From Hyphochytrium catenoides (taxonomy: Eukaryota; Protista; Hyphochytriomycota): 64,000 bases of DNA. Position 1 is the first letter of the stretch. Each line of letters opens with the position of its first letter. The stretch covers positions 8,526 to 72,525 of the forward strand of contig FLMG01003876.1 of the NCBI GenBank assembly GCA_900088475.1, given 5' to 3'. Of the stretch, positions 1 through 11,656 are shown in pieces. The notes under the pieces were generated by a model that was not told the DNA's origin, searched no databases, and saw only the letters and a program-made list of their open reading frames with translations. Both the position numbers and the translations under genes were made by a program.

Positions 1-2440
1 GTTTGATCAGGTAAGAGGGCCTGGCAACAGTCCCAAGGCAAGGGAACATGGGATGGAGCGGCAAGGGTGCCTGAACCTAGCTGACTGGTCCTTGTTATCA
101 GGATAGTATTGTCCTCTCTGTTCTTCTCTCCTTCTTCACTCTTCTTTCTGTTGATTCTCTCTCGGTTTCCTGTGTGCTCTTTCTCATCACATATCCCCGT
201 CTTCCTGGTTCCGCTATGTCCTTCGTTGTCTTTCTGATGCTTTCTTCTATCAGATCCATCTTGGCCCCGATCATACGATGGGGTTCAGATGCCCCAACCT
301 AAAAGCCGACAGCAGTGGATCTGGGCTGGATTCATCTTACCGAAGTCAAGAGACAGCCGAAGAGATAGCACTTCCTCTGGGCGGAGTCGATGTGTTTAGC
401 CCTCGGCAGGTACCACACTCCTTACCACCAGACCCAACGTCGGGAACTAACTACCATCATTAACAACGTAGCGCCACTCCTCCCATCTCTCGAAGCGTGC
501 CATGTGGAGCACCGTCGGGTTGGTAGTAAACGAAGGGAAGAAGCATTTGGAAGTTAGAGATGACACACCCTTGACACCCAATGATGAGGACTTTCTTGGG
601 CCAGAAGATGCATTCTCGGGCCTCCAACTTGGAGCTTTTGTTGACATCCCATTGGCAGAGATTGAGGATAGAGAAGGAGGAGGCCACATTGGAGGCGAGG
701 CTGACGAAGGTAAGAGACTCTGTTCTGAATTTCAGGTCCCCTTTTAACTTTTCCGGCTCTCCGCAGACACCTTTCCTTGGGACCAGCCACCCATTGAGGA
801 GACTGGAAGGAAGGTGTCGTCGGTCTGGTATGGCGTCCATACCAATCCCCAGCCTACGGTCTCAGAACCTAGTAAGGGAGGAATCTTCGCCTGCTCGACG
901 AGAGATTATTTCACTTGGAGGCGTGAGGGCGTGATGGTAAGTGAAGGAAGACGCAGTCATAAAGCAACTGAGACATTTGGACAGACCCTGAAGAGATACT
1001 ATCTGGAACTGACGGATCTCTCAATTTCTTCCTTCAATTGTCTGATGGACTTCCTCTCAACTGTTAGTCGTCCCACTTCATCTCTCGTCTGGGCGTGTGT
1101 CCCTCTCTACTTAGCCTGCTACGTTGTTGACTCATATTTCCTGCTTTCCCTTCCCACAGCTTCACTTTGAGAACCTCACGGATATGGTGAGAGGGACGCC
1201 CGACCTGCTACGACCAACTGATGTAAAAGTCATTCATAACAAAAAGGACCAACGTTACGTTCTGTGGATGGGGCTCGAAAGCTCCGTCTCCCGCCCTGGC
1301 CTGGCCGGTGTCGCTGTAAGCAGCAGTTATAACGGGCCCTTCACCTTCGTTCGTAGCTTCTTCCCTGACGGTAACGCCACTTATGGTCATACCGTCGTAC
1401 TGGATGAGGAGAGAGAGAGCGCATACCTAATTCAACCCTTCACGGCCTCCATTGAGATGGTTATTCCTGAGGCGGTCATGAATCCTCTCTGGGAGAGCGT
1501 GAAGGTCATGCCTAATAGTGCACCTGACGAGCCGGCCAAGGTGGACTTTGCCCTCAACTACCACCGGGCCAAGTATGCTCCAGAGTACGATGACTATCAT
1601 GATATCTACCTTCAGATCTGGAGACATGAAAATGTTGCGCAGGGCATCCTTTGCATTGACAAGAAGACAAGGGCGGTGCGAGAGCTGCAAGGCATTAGGA
1701 CCTGCCTGAATAGTGAAGAGAAGGTGATCTTGGGGCAGGGCCAACCTGCTATTCACTCAAGATTCAAGGATCCCACGGTACTCAAGAACAGTCTCTGGCG
1801 GCCAGATTCTGTGCCGACAGTTCGAGCCCAGCCTTGGTGGAACAACTACATAGACGGCGTCTGCGGCCGCAGAGACTTCACTGATGGGTTAGATCGGTAT
1901 GATCAGGAGCTATATCTGCGCAGTAGCGCTTTTTATCCTGACAGCAGCGGCAAGCTGGATGCTGGGACAATGAAGGGCAAGCTGAAGCGTAGAACGGTTC
2001 TTCCTGATCGTTCCAACTGCAGCAACATCGTCGATAATCCTGTCCATCCCACCCTGCCAGACTCCAGGATCGGCCCGCCAAAGAAAGTAGAGACACGCCA
2101 TGCCAGGTTTATCGCTATCAGACAACTGACGTCTGACTTCCTGGACACCACGGGCGTCCTCCACCTTATTGAAGGAGGTTTCCAAAACAATAAGCTTCCG
2201 TCAGATCTCATCGACGTCTGCCGCCAGCTGTCATGGGACGCTGGAGCAGAGCTGCGGACAAGCTTCCAGCCTCCACAAGTTATTCCTGAGTTGACAACGG
2301 CCCGTAACTGGAAAACTCGTTACAGCCAATACATCCTCCACTACAATGACAGAGCCTGGGACTCACCCGCATGCCTGAATGATAAAGACTGTCCAGTGAA
2401 TTTCAAGGACCAGCTACTAGACATTAAGGAGGCAGACTGA
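1..2440 (+). CDS. GH43 (subfamily 24/CtGH43)-like beta-propeller protein, degenerate, 5' end outside window, multi-exon
   Basis: Exons at about 1-10, 254-409, 432-708, 766-936 and 1161-2440, joined by GT-AG introns. Spliced motifs GGIFACSTRDYFTWRREGVML, KVIHNKKDQRYVLWM, AGVAVSSSYNGPFTFVRSFFPDG, AYL and IRQLTSDFL follow the order of GH43_24-type blades. Confidence 0.6.
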
Positions 2441-2668
2441 CCTCCTTTGCGAGTGGAGGATGAGAGACGCTTTCTGTGGCGATGATGGCTAAAAGGGGGC
2501 CACGATAGGATAGAGCAAAAGCGAAGGAGGCGAGTGCATGGGGCTAGCGACCCGTTGACTGCTGCTCACGGCACGAGGCCTAGAAATTCTAGATCTGCTT
2601 GAGCTCTTTCTATTAGCAGCCATACAATAATAAACGAGATGGCCCTCTCATATCGCGGAAGTAACCAT

Positions 2669-5204
2669 TTAGTCCCAGGCGGATGCTCGATCTCCCACAG
2701 CGCCCCCGAAGGAGTCCTCTTCAGCAGTCAGTAAAGGGTTCTTGGGGTCGAAAGGCGCTGTAGAGTTCCGCTTTTTCCTCTTCTTGATCACCACCTTCAC
2801 CACGCCTGATTGAGCTGGTCTCTGCAAAAGACATGTATAAGCGCCATGAAGGGAAGACAGACAAAGTGCAAGAGTTGTAATTGACTCACCTCCTCTGCAG
2901 CTTTTCGCTTGGTTCCTTTATTGTCGGCTACTGCTTTCTTCGACCCTTTCGCTTTAGCCTTCGGCTCTTCAGCGGGCTTGCCTGACTTGACGAGTGCTGC
3001 ACCCAGAGGGAGAGTTTCAAGATCTAAATCCAGGTCGCTCAAGTTGTGGTCTCTGACATCGGATGGACCCTTTGAAACTGCTTGCTGGGCTGACTTCCCC
3101 TTCTTTGATTGGCCCGAGACCTTCTTTGACTTCAAGTTGAGACCGTTGGTGAGATTGCACACTGATACAAAGTCAGGAAAGTTGAAGCTGAGTCTCACCT
3201 GTTCCTCATTCGTATGCTTGATCCTCTCAGATTCCACTTGGGCGTCATTATCGGGTCTAGACTTCTGTGCTTCTTTTCCCCCGTTCCTTGGATTGGAAGA
3301 AGGGACTGCGGATGCAGTATTCTCGGAATCCCTTTTGGAGTTCTTGCTATCTCTTTGTTTCCCAAGCTTGTGCCCTTGACTGCTGTCGGCTACTTTAGCT
3401 GGTCTGGACTTCTCCTTTCGCTTGTCGTCCTCCTTGGAAACATCTCTCGGCTGCTGGTTATGTCCGGAGCCCCTTTCCTTGGGGTTGATCTTTCCCTGGG
3501 TTCTTGATTCCTTTCTCAAACTTTTGTCAACCGTTATTGAAGGGCTTCCTAGGTTCCTATCCTGCCTTCTCTTAACATCTTTAGGCTTGAATGGCTCCTT
3601 CTTCCCTCTTTGTTCCCCTGGATAGAGCATTTAAAGTATAAGATGGCGTTTTCTTACTCTGGCAGGGAAGAAGACACTGCAAGCCTTACCTTCATTTGCC
3701 TTTTCCATTTGACCTTCCTCGTCAGATGCCTTTGATGCTTTAAAACTGTGACTGCGCTTTTCCATAACCCGGGTGCCATCTCTCACAATAAGCTTAGGGA
3801 AGAGCCTCTTCATCTTGAAGTTGTACTGCTTGTGCTTGGCATCAAGCCTGCGAGCCTCCTTGGAGTGCTTTTTCCCTCTCTTGTCACCGTCTGGAACGTC
3901 CTCCCCATCTGAGGTGATGGATTGCTCCCTCTTTGCCGCATCACCTTCTGCCGTGGCTCGTGATCCTTCGATGGAGACGCCGCAAATGGGGTTTCCTTTT
4001 AGTGAGAGCTGTCGCAGCTCTGGAAGCTCAGCCAGCTCTTCCACACCTTCCCAGTTGTCTATCAAATTATGGCCTATTTCTAGAATTTTCAGCTTGGCTG
4101 CTCCGCAGCATAAAGGCAAAGAAAAAGCAAGGGATTAGTTTTTCAACAGTAAACACCAGCGGCCGCTAAAAGGAACCTACTATTCTCCCTAAAAGCACCA
4201 GCAATTGTTTCAATCTTGTTATGGTTTAACCGGAGCTCTTGAAGATTTGGAAGCAAGTCCAGCGACGGTACCGCCTACAAGTTAGCCCGTTAGCGCCGCT
4301 AAGATATATAGTTGGAGTCACTGGCGCCCCATCTTTGCGATCGTACGAACCTCAAGTTCATTGTTGGACCTGAATGCGGTTAGAATGGAGGCGCGAAGAG
4401 GACGGTTAATTCGAAGTCGGCTGGAAGAAGATCAGTCGAACTTACAAAGAGAGCTTTACAAGGGAAGGGAGCCTCTGCAACGCCTTTAGATCCAGTACTC
4501 CGATCTTATTGTGGGAGAGTACCAGCGTATTCAGCTCCTGTGAGCTGTGTATCAGTACAGATCACCAGTCCTCAGAAAAGATGCCCTTTGACTTCATACC
4601 TTCAGTTTAGGAATCCAGTCCATGCTATGGATTGCATTGTTATTCAGTATCAAGGCCTGGAAGGGGTCGAAGTCTTAGCAGCAGAGGTGGCAGTCATACC
4701 TCAAGATGAGTAGCGAACCTTGAGCCTGTGTAAGTCCTGCAACGTCTGGGAAGGGATCCGGGCAATTTTGTTATGGGACACGTTCAGTGTTACCAACTCT
4801 CGAGCAAATCTCACTTCTTGAAGGCCCTAGATATCGCGAGAGTAGGTCAGGAAGCCGTTTAGGTCGCCACAGTGTACCCCTTTCCGTGTTGGTCCTACCT
4901 CCCCAGTGAGTTGGTTCTCTGCCAGGCTAAGCAAGGTGAGATGAGGGCAAGAGCGCACATCCTGAATCCTTGTTAGCTTGTTTCCGCTGAGGTCTAACTT
5001 CCGCAAATTTGGCAGGCGGCCAAAGGCAACAATGGTCTCAATGCCTCGTCCCTTCAGTGATATGTCTTTGGCCTCGGCCACAGCGAAACCGACTTCGTCT
5101 TTTAGCTTTTCTGCGGTGAGCTTCTTGATCTTCCGATGCTGTTGCTCCGAAGGACTAGTCCCAGCAACCCCGGCACTTGCATCTGCCGAACGCCGGCGAA
5201 CCAT
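2669..5204 (-). CDS. Leucine-rich repeat protein (SDS22-like LRRs) with long Lys-rich low-complexity C-terminus
   Basis: LRR units LRKLDLSGNKLTRI, LTLLSLAENQL, LKILEIGHNLI and LRQLSLKGNPI lie across several short GT-AG introns. The last exon reads SGVVKVVIKKRKK...SAWD and stops at 2669-2671. Confidence 0.8.
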
Positions 5205-6171
5205 ATTGAAGGTGAAAGTTGGTTACTTTTCTAGCAGCTAATCTTGCTTTCACATTTGCAGCATTGGCAAATCCTATCGCCAACCACTGATTCCTTGCAA
5301 CTGAGCCTACTATCAAATATCCTTGTCCGAGGTTCGCATTACGCTTGTGATAGCTTGGCTCCTTGGTCCACCTTGGGCATCTGAGGACCCCCGATCAGCC
5401 TGGAAGTTCGCTGCACACTGCTGGGACATGGGAGCTCTCTAGAACTACCTCTGCTTAGCGATGCGATCAGAAGCCGCGCTTGTCATCTTATCAGGCGTTA
5501 CCTGGCCGCGCAGGTTCGCATCCTCAGAACGGGCGCTCTTGGTCCATCAACCAGCACCTTCTCCCCCAACTAGTTCACGAAAGTAAATCCGACCGCAACC
5601 GAAATAAATGGGCAATGGGATAATCAACACGTCATCGGCTTGTATACAAAAATAGCCCGAGATTAGTGTGAGCAGGACCGAATAGATCACTTGTCACAAT
5701 AGCGAAGGTGAAGAAGAATCGTAACTTATGATTCCTTGAATTGATCTAGCAGCGATAACTAATAGCAGGGGATTGTTCGTTACATCTCTGTCCATCTACA
5801 GTGAGAGGGTTGCTGGAGTGAGGAGGGCTTATATAATGATGTCTCAGTTTGCGATAATCCATCATGGATCTTGGCCCGCCCCGACCTCGGCTGCTCGGCC
5901 CTCGCCTCACTCATCAGCTTCTGCTTCGTGGCATGCTGCTAAACCTCAGCCTTAAAGCACCTGAGCGGGGCTCTCCCTTTCCATAACACTATTGTCATAT
6001 CTGCCGTGTCCGGTCGGCCAATTCAATATACTGTCTCCTAGGGGTGGCGACCGACTCCTGTGTGGACCTCGGTGCAGCTAAGCCTGAGACCTCATTAAGC
6101 CATGTCAAGGTTTTGGGTTTGAATCTAGCCCAAGCCACTTTTAGCAAGTAAAGAGTCTATCAAGAGTAATC

Positions 6172-9100
6172 ATGCCGGCAGGAAAAGGAGAGAAAGCGCA
6201 GTCTCCGCAGGGTTCCCCGCCCCACAAGAAGGACAAGGAGGCTAGTAGCGCTGAAAAGGCTCCTGAAGCTCCAGCGGAACAACCAGCATCTAAACTGGAC
6301 CCCAAGCAGGTGTTGAAGCTCCTGAAGGCAAAGGACAAAGAGGGCAAGCTGGAAGGGCTGGAGCAATGTGCTTCTGAGCTCTCAATTCTTCGAAATGGAC
6401 CTATACTGGCCATTGTTATCGCGTTCATTGCCAAGCCAAAGGTAGAGACAGCACATAATCTGTAGTGGCGAATGGCTTCGTAGTAATCACACGTGATGTT
6501 GGGATGCATTCTACTTTCTTCTTAGGCGGTCGACACGATGCTCCCAGCCTTAAAGCTTATTCTTAGCTTTTTGACGAGCCAGGGGACACCATACCAAGGA
6601 GTCAAACCATCAGGTAAAGTCGGGTTCTTTCTCGAAAACTCTCAGCAGCTTTCCCAGTAATCTATCTTACTCCTGACGTTGCCCTGCTAACTCTATTACG
6701 ACCCAGCCCATGCTCTGTTAGACCTTGATGCAATGAAAACCGACAAGGAGAAAGAAGCGCTCCGCACCTTCCCCCAGACGGTGTTGGGGTTGCTCAACAA
6801 TAAGGATAAGGATGTCCAAGCAATGGCGATTAAGTGCTTTGAAGAGGCGATGGCCTACGTCGCCACTCTTCCTCCATCAGATCTCTCTTACAGTCTTTCT
6901 ATATTCTTGGGTTCCGAAGGCTCCAACCTGCTCCTGATAGCAAAGAAACTCGAGGATAAGAAACCTCAGGGAGACGGTCTGGTGTGCTCCCTGATCCATT
7001 GCTTGGCGATGTTGCTGCAAAACAAAGAGCCTGATGCCCTGCCAAGCTCCACCTCTCTAGCGACTGAAAGGCTTATCTCCTGCTTGTGGACTCACAGCTC
7101 CAAAGAGAATATTCCTGAGGCTAAACCTCACGCACTATCAGCCCTTGCTTGCCTTCTGCAGAATGGCGGCCCTCCTGTCCTGGAGTTGTTCTTAAAGGTG
7201 GTTGAGCTCTCGCATATACGCAAGTTCGTTGGGGACGAGTTGAGCGCTATGAAGGCTTTGTCTACAGCACATAGCCCTGATGTCACACATGCTAAGGAAA
7301 AGAAGTCGTCGCAGTTGACAGTAGACACAGACAAGATACCAAAGGTTGTCGAGCGGGCAGTGTCTATGCGACCTCTCTGTCTTATCCTCTTCAAACTCTG
7401 TCAACACTTAAACAATACGTCACAGACCGAGGAAGTGAAAGAGGATATCCGTTCACTACTGCTCGATTTCTATTTGGCACTATTCTCCTCTAGCGATTTA
7501 TTGGCCTCAGAAGAGCTGGCACTTACGCTCTGCAAGACTTTGACAACTATCTGTGAAGCGGATGCCAGCTTCAGGCTCGCTCTCTGTGAGAAGAACCTGC
7601 TAGGAAGCCTTCTTACTGCCCTAACAGCCTCTTCTCTTCGTGAAGCTAATTCAGTCAAGTATGCTCTAGATAAACTCGTGCACCACCTGCTGCCGGACGC
7701 TGGAGAACAGGTCAGAGTCTAAAGTGTGATTGTTTCACGGTTATCTCAGTGGTCTGACGCTCGTGGATTATCTGCCCCAGCAGGTTGACGAAGCCATCAC
7801 CCTTCCCAGAGCGCAAGGTGATCCTCATCCCTAGCTGGTCATTTTAGCTACGTTATGACTCCTTCCGCTCCTCCCATCGGTCCTGTCAGGTGCTCGAGCG
7901 TTCATTGAGGTGCCTGCCATTCTAGCAATGACGAAGGATTCGCAGGAATTTGACCTCTTGCTCTGTGGTATGAGCCTCTCTCTCTTTTAGCATCGGCTTA
8001 TGAGAGTAACTAAACGCCCTATTCTGTAGTGCGACTAGTTGCGGTGCTCTCACAGCGCCAGAAAGACGCAGAGGCGATGGCCTTTGCTCTCTACCAGCCC
8101 TTAGTGTCGAGGCTTGAGCAGCAAGTAGCAGCACTGGCTCATCGGACAAGCTCAGAGTCACTAGAGGGGGAGCCTCTTAGAGCCATTTCCATCGCATTTG
8201 CTATTGTCAGAGGCATCACAAACTTGGCAAGGTTTGCATCAAAGATAGTGCAGGTAAGGAGCTTAAACCACTGAGTTACCACAAGCCCCTAATGCAGACC
8301 AAGCTAACGGACTGGAGTGACAGGAGAGCCGTCAAGACACCAGAGTTGCGGTGAATTCCTTGATTGGTCTTTTGCGGTGGTTGAGCCCCAATAACGGCAC
8401 GGGCTCAGTGGCATCTCTACCGCTAGACCCACGCCGTTGCTCCTGGCAAGATAAGCAAGATCTGAAGGAGACGGTGAATATGGAAGTGGAGATTGCTGCG
8501 GCACTCGTCACCATAGCAGAAAGCTGCTCTAATCTTAGCCAAGGAACCGAAGGCCAGGAGGTGCAAGTCAAGGACGACGGGGCCAGTGCTCTACGTGAGC
8601 GCACTGGGGACCTATTGGCACTGCTTGCCGAGTCCAAGCAGCCATCAGTGCGCCTGCTGTTCATGAAGATCATCCCTCCTGTCTACGGTACTATCGACGG
8701 CAAGCTCGCACTAGCTCAGGCTGCCCCGGTACCTAAGCCGGAGGCTGGAGGGCTTGCAACCACTGCTGAGCAGCAGAGACGCTACTTCGGAACCAACTTG
8801 GAATCGGACTCAGCGCAGCTCTACCTTTGCCTTCTCCGTCCCATTTTGTCAGTGTTGGAATCCTCTTCCAGCCAGGAGGATATTCTCATATCAGTTCGTG
8901 CTCTGTTTGCCCTCTGCCACGACTTGGCTCCGGACGGATCACCTCCAGAAACATCCCCCAGTCAATATGCCAACTTCTTTGCTGGTTATGCCATGAGGCT
9001 AGGAGCGTTAGTCCATCTGATCAGCCTGCTTGCCAGCAGCGGTGAATTGCTGGGAACGGCAGAGACCAAGGATGAGATGGAGAAGGCCATGGATCTATTA

Positions 9101-11488
9101 GCTCACAATTTAATAGCCCGCGGGGAGACGATGCAAATTGCAATGAAGAAAACATTGGAGGCGTATGCTCAGAGCCCGCCAGAGCCGATACCAGCTAAGG
9201 GAAAGGACGTTAGCAAGCCGAATGCCGCACGACCAAATTCTGCAGCCAAACCAAGTAGTGGGGGTCCTAAAGGCAAGGATAAAGAAAAAGATAAGAAGGA
9301 GTCACACGCAACAGATAACCTCAACGCCGGGTTGCCGTATGACAGCTCTGCCGTTTCGCCCGCAGACGTTGTCACTGTGAAAAAGGAGTGGGAGGATCTT
9401 CTCAACAACAGAGTAGACAACAAGCGCTACGACTTCGGGGGCTGCACAGCACTCATTGCAGCCATCAGTGGCGGCCTGACAGAGATCGTATACTCCCTCC
9501 TCCGTTCAGAGGCGGATCCGAACATCACAGATGATGAAGGGAACAGCCCATTAATGCATGCGCTTAGCAATGGAATGATTGAGGTCATCGGGGCGTTGGT
9601 CTCCACTGGAGCACTTGTGGACCACGCTAACAATCACGGGGATACTGTCCTGAAGTTTGCACTGGCGACGCCCACAGTCACGATTTTGAAAGAGCTGGAG
9701 GCCAAGCGCCAAGAGGAAAGGCCACAGGAGATCCATGAAGTTGGACCGCTTGCCCTCTCTCTGTTACTTGAAGAAGACGCAGATCCTGAGATATCAGACA
9801 ATGAGGGTAACTTCCTTATACATCTCCTGCTCCTAGGGGCGCAGGTGCAGGGCCGGGTCCGCCTGTCCCGCCTTAGGCTATGCTATAGCTCGAGAGATGC
9901 ACAAAACGCCGAACAAGTTGCCTTCTACCTGCAGGAAATCTTGAAGCGTAAACCAGACATCAATGTTTGCAACCTTCAGGGTCAGACAGCCCTCCATATC
10001 GCTATTAGAAAGGGACATCTGGCCGCCGCCAGGATCCTTTTGGAAGCGGGCTGCAACCCTAATGTACGGGACCAGAATGGGCTCCTACCTCTGCATTACG
10101 CCTCGGCGGGTGCATGCCCGGACAGCGTCTCCTTGATCAAGGAACTGTTGCGGGTCGGTGTGAGATGGCCTATTATTGATGGTGCGCATGTGGACAAGCA
10201 TAAAGGAAGAAGTGCAGCATACAAGCAGCGGCTGGCCGTGACTGAGATATTAGATTTTGGGCTTGCCAGTTTGCTAAGCCCCGCGGTGGTTGTCCAGCCA
10301 GCGGCCACATTGGAAGACTTGACGACATCTCAAGGAAAGGATGGAAAAGACCTCTTCCTTTCGGCTGGGGGGGCTTTGGACGATCAGCTTCAATTTTACC
10401 TCCAGTCTGATGCAGCCGTGGACTCGCTAATGCCAAATGAGCGGAGCAAAGTTCTCGCTTTCCTACTCAACGAGCTCAAATTGCAGCCAACCAAGAGGAT
10501 GGCAGATGGCCGTAACATATTGCACGTAGCGTGTATGATGGCTGGCCCACGAGCGGTGGACGTATCTCTCATGTCTACGATTGCGAAGGCTTGGCCCTCT
10601 CTACTGACACAAACTGTTGATGGAAGAAAGGACCTGAGCTTGGACAGAAGGCTACTGCTTACCCCTCTCCACATTGCACTCAGACAGGGCGAGGCAACCT
10701 TCCTCACTCTAGTAGGAGAGAACTTCTCAGCGCTTCTCCTAGATACATTCCCAAGCCTACTGCACGAGGCAATTGGGGTTGAAGTATCAAGAGCGACCCT
10801 ACATGCCCTGGCAACTCCTGAGGCTATATCTAAGGCTGCCGAGGTGGCAGAAATGTCAGTGGAAGCGTACTCTGGATATCTGATGACACGAGCAGCATGG
10901 CTTCGGAAAGCAGAGCACCTGGAGTCCTTTCTTGACTTACGTATCTTTTCAGTTGATGCTCGGCATCCGGTCAACGGGCAGACAGCGTTGCACGTCACTT
11001 GTGAGAGTCGGGAAGAAGGGCTTACAAGCCTTCTTCTAGACAGAGGAGCACGAATAGACATAGAAGACCAGGATGGGATGACGCCTCTGAAGCTTGCTTT
11101 TGACTTAGGTTTTCAGAACTTTTTCCGGCTGCTGCTTGAGAGGAAGAAAGACCTCCCACTAGACACTATATCTATGGTGGTAAGGGAAGCAGAGCAACGG
11201 AGTATCAGTTTGGGACAACGACAGAAAGATGAGCCAATGACTGAACAGCTTGCCCTCGAGGGTCCTGAGGCCATTATGCGGTTGGTCCTTAAACTTGCTG
11301 AAGATCTTCCGGTCCAGCATGTGCATCCATGTTTTGCGGCTGGCCTCACTTATAGCGAGCACCTCAAACGTGAGGAGAGTGGGTCTGCAACTGGTTTGCT
11401 GGAGGGAAAGGACCCCTGCTTAGTCCCCGTAGATGCACTTCGAGCGCCAGAGAGTCCAGCAGGAGCGCTAGGCACTGCCGGCCAATAA
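6172..11488 (+). CDS. Large alpha-solenoid (ARM/HEAT-like) plus ankyrin-repeat protein
   Basis: ORFs 6172-6465, 6733-7722, 8029-8274 and 8351-11488 are linked by GT-AG introns. Ankyrin units include GCTALIAA, GNSPLMHA, GQTALHIA, GLLPLHYA, GQTALHVT and GMTPLKLA. The N-terminal half is Leu-rich and helical. Confidence 0.8.
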
Positions 11489-11656
11489 CCGGCTCTGGAA
11501 GGGCACGTAAACATTGAATAACTAATCTATCTATGCGAGGCTCGACCTCATTTTCTGAAGATGTGCTCGGTAATTGCTTCCCGTGCCCATAGCTTAGAAG
11601 TTACGCCTTTTCACTGACCCCTGCGACAATTGCAGTCTAAAGAGTCACGCATTAGG

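Noticed and set aside
10396-11061. 221-aa minus ORF (and similar ones at 17900-18493 and 26899-27591)
   Set aside because: These are antisense shadows of long real exons.
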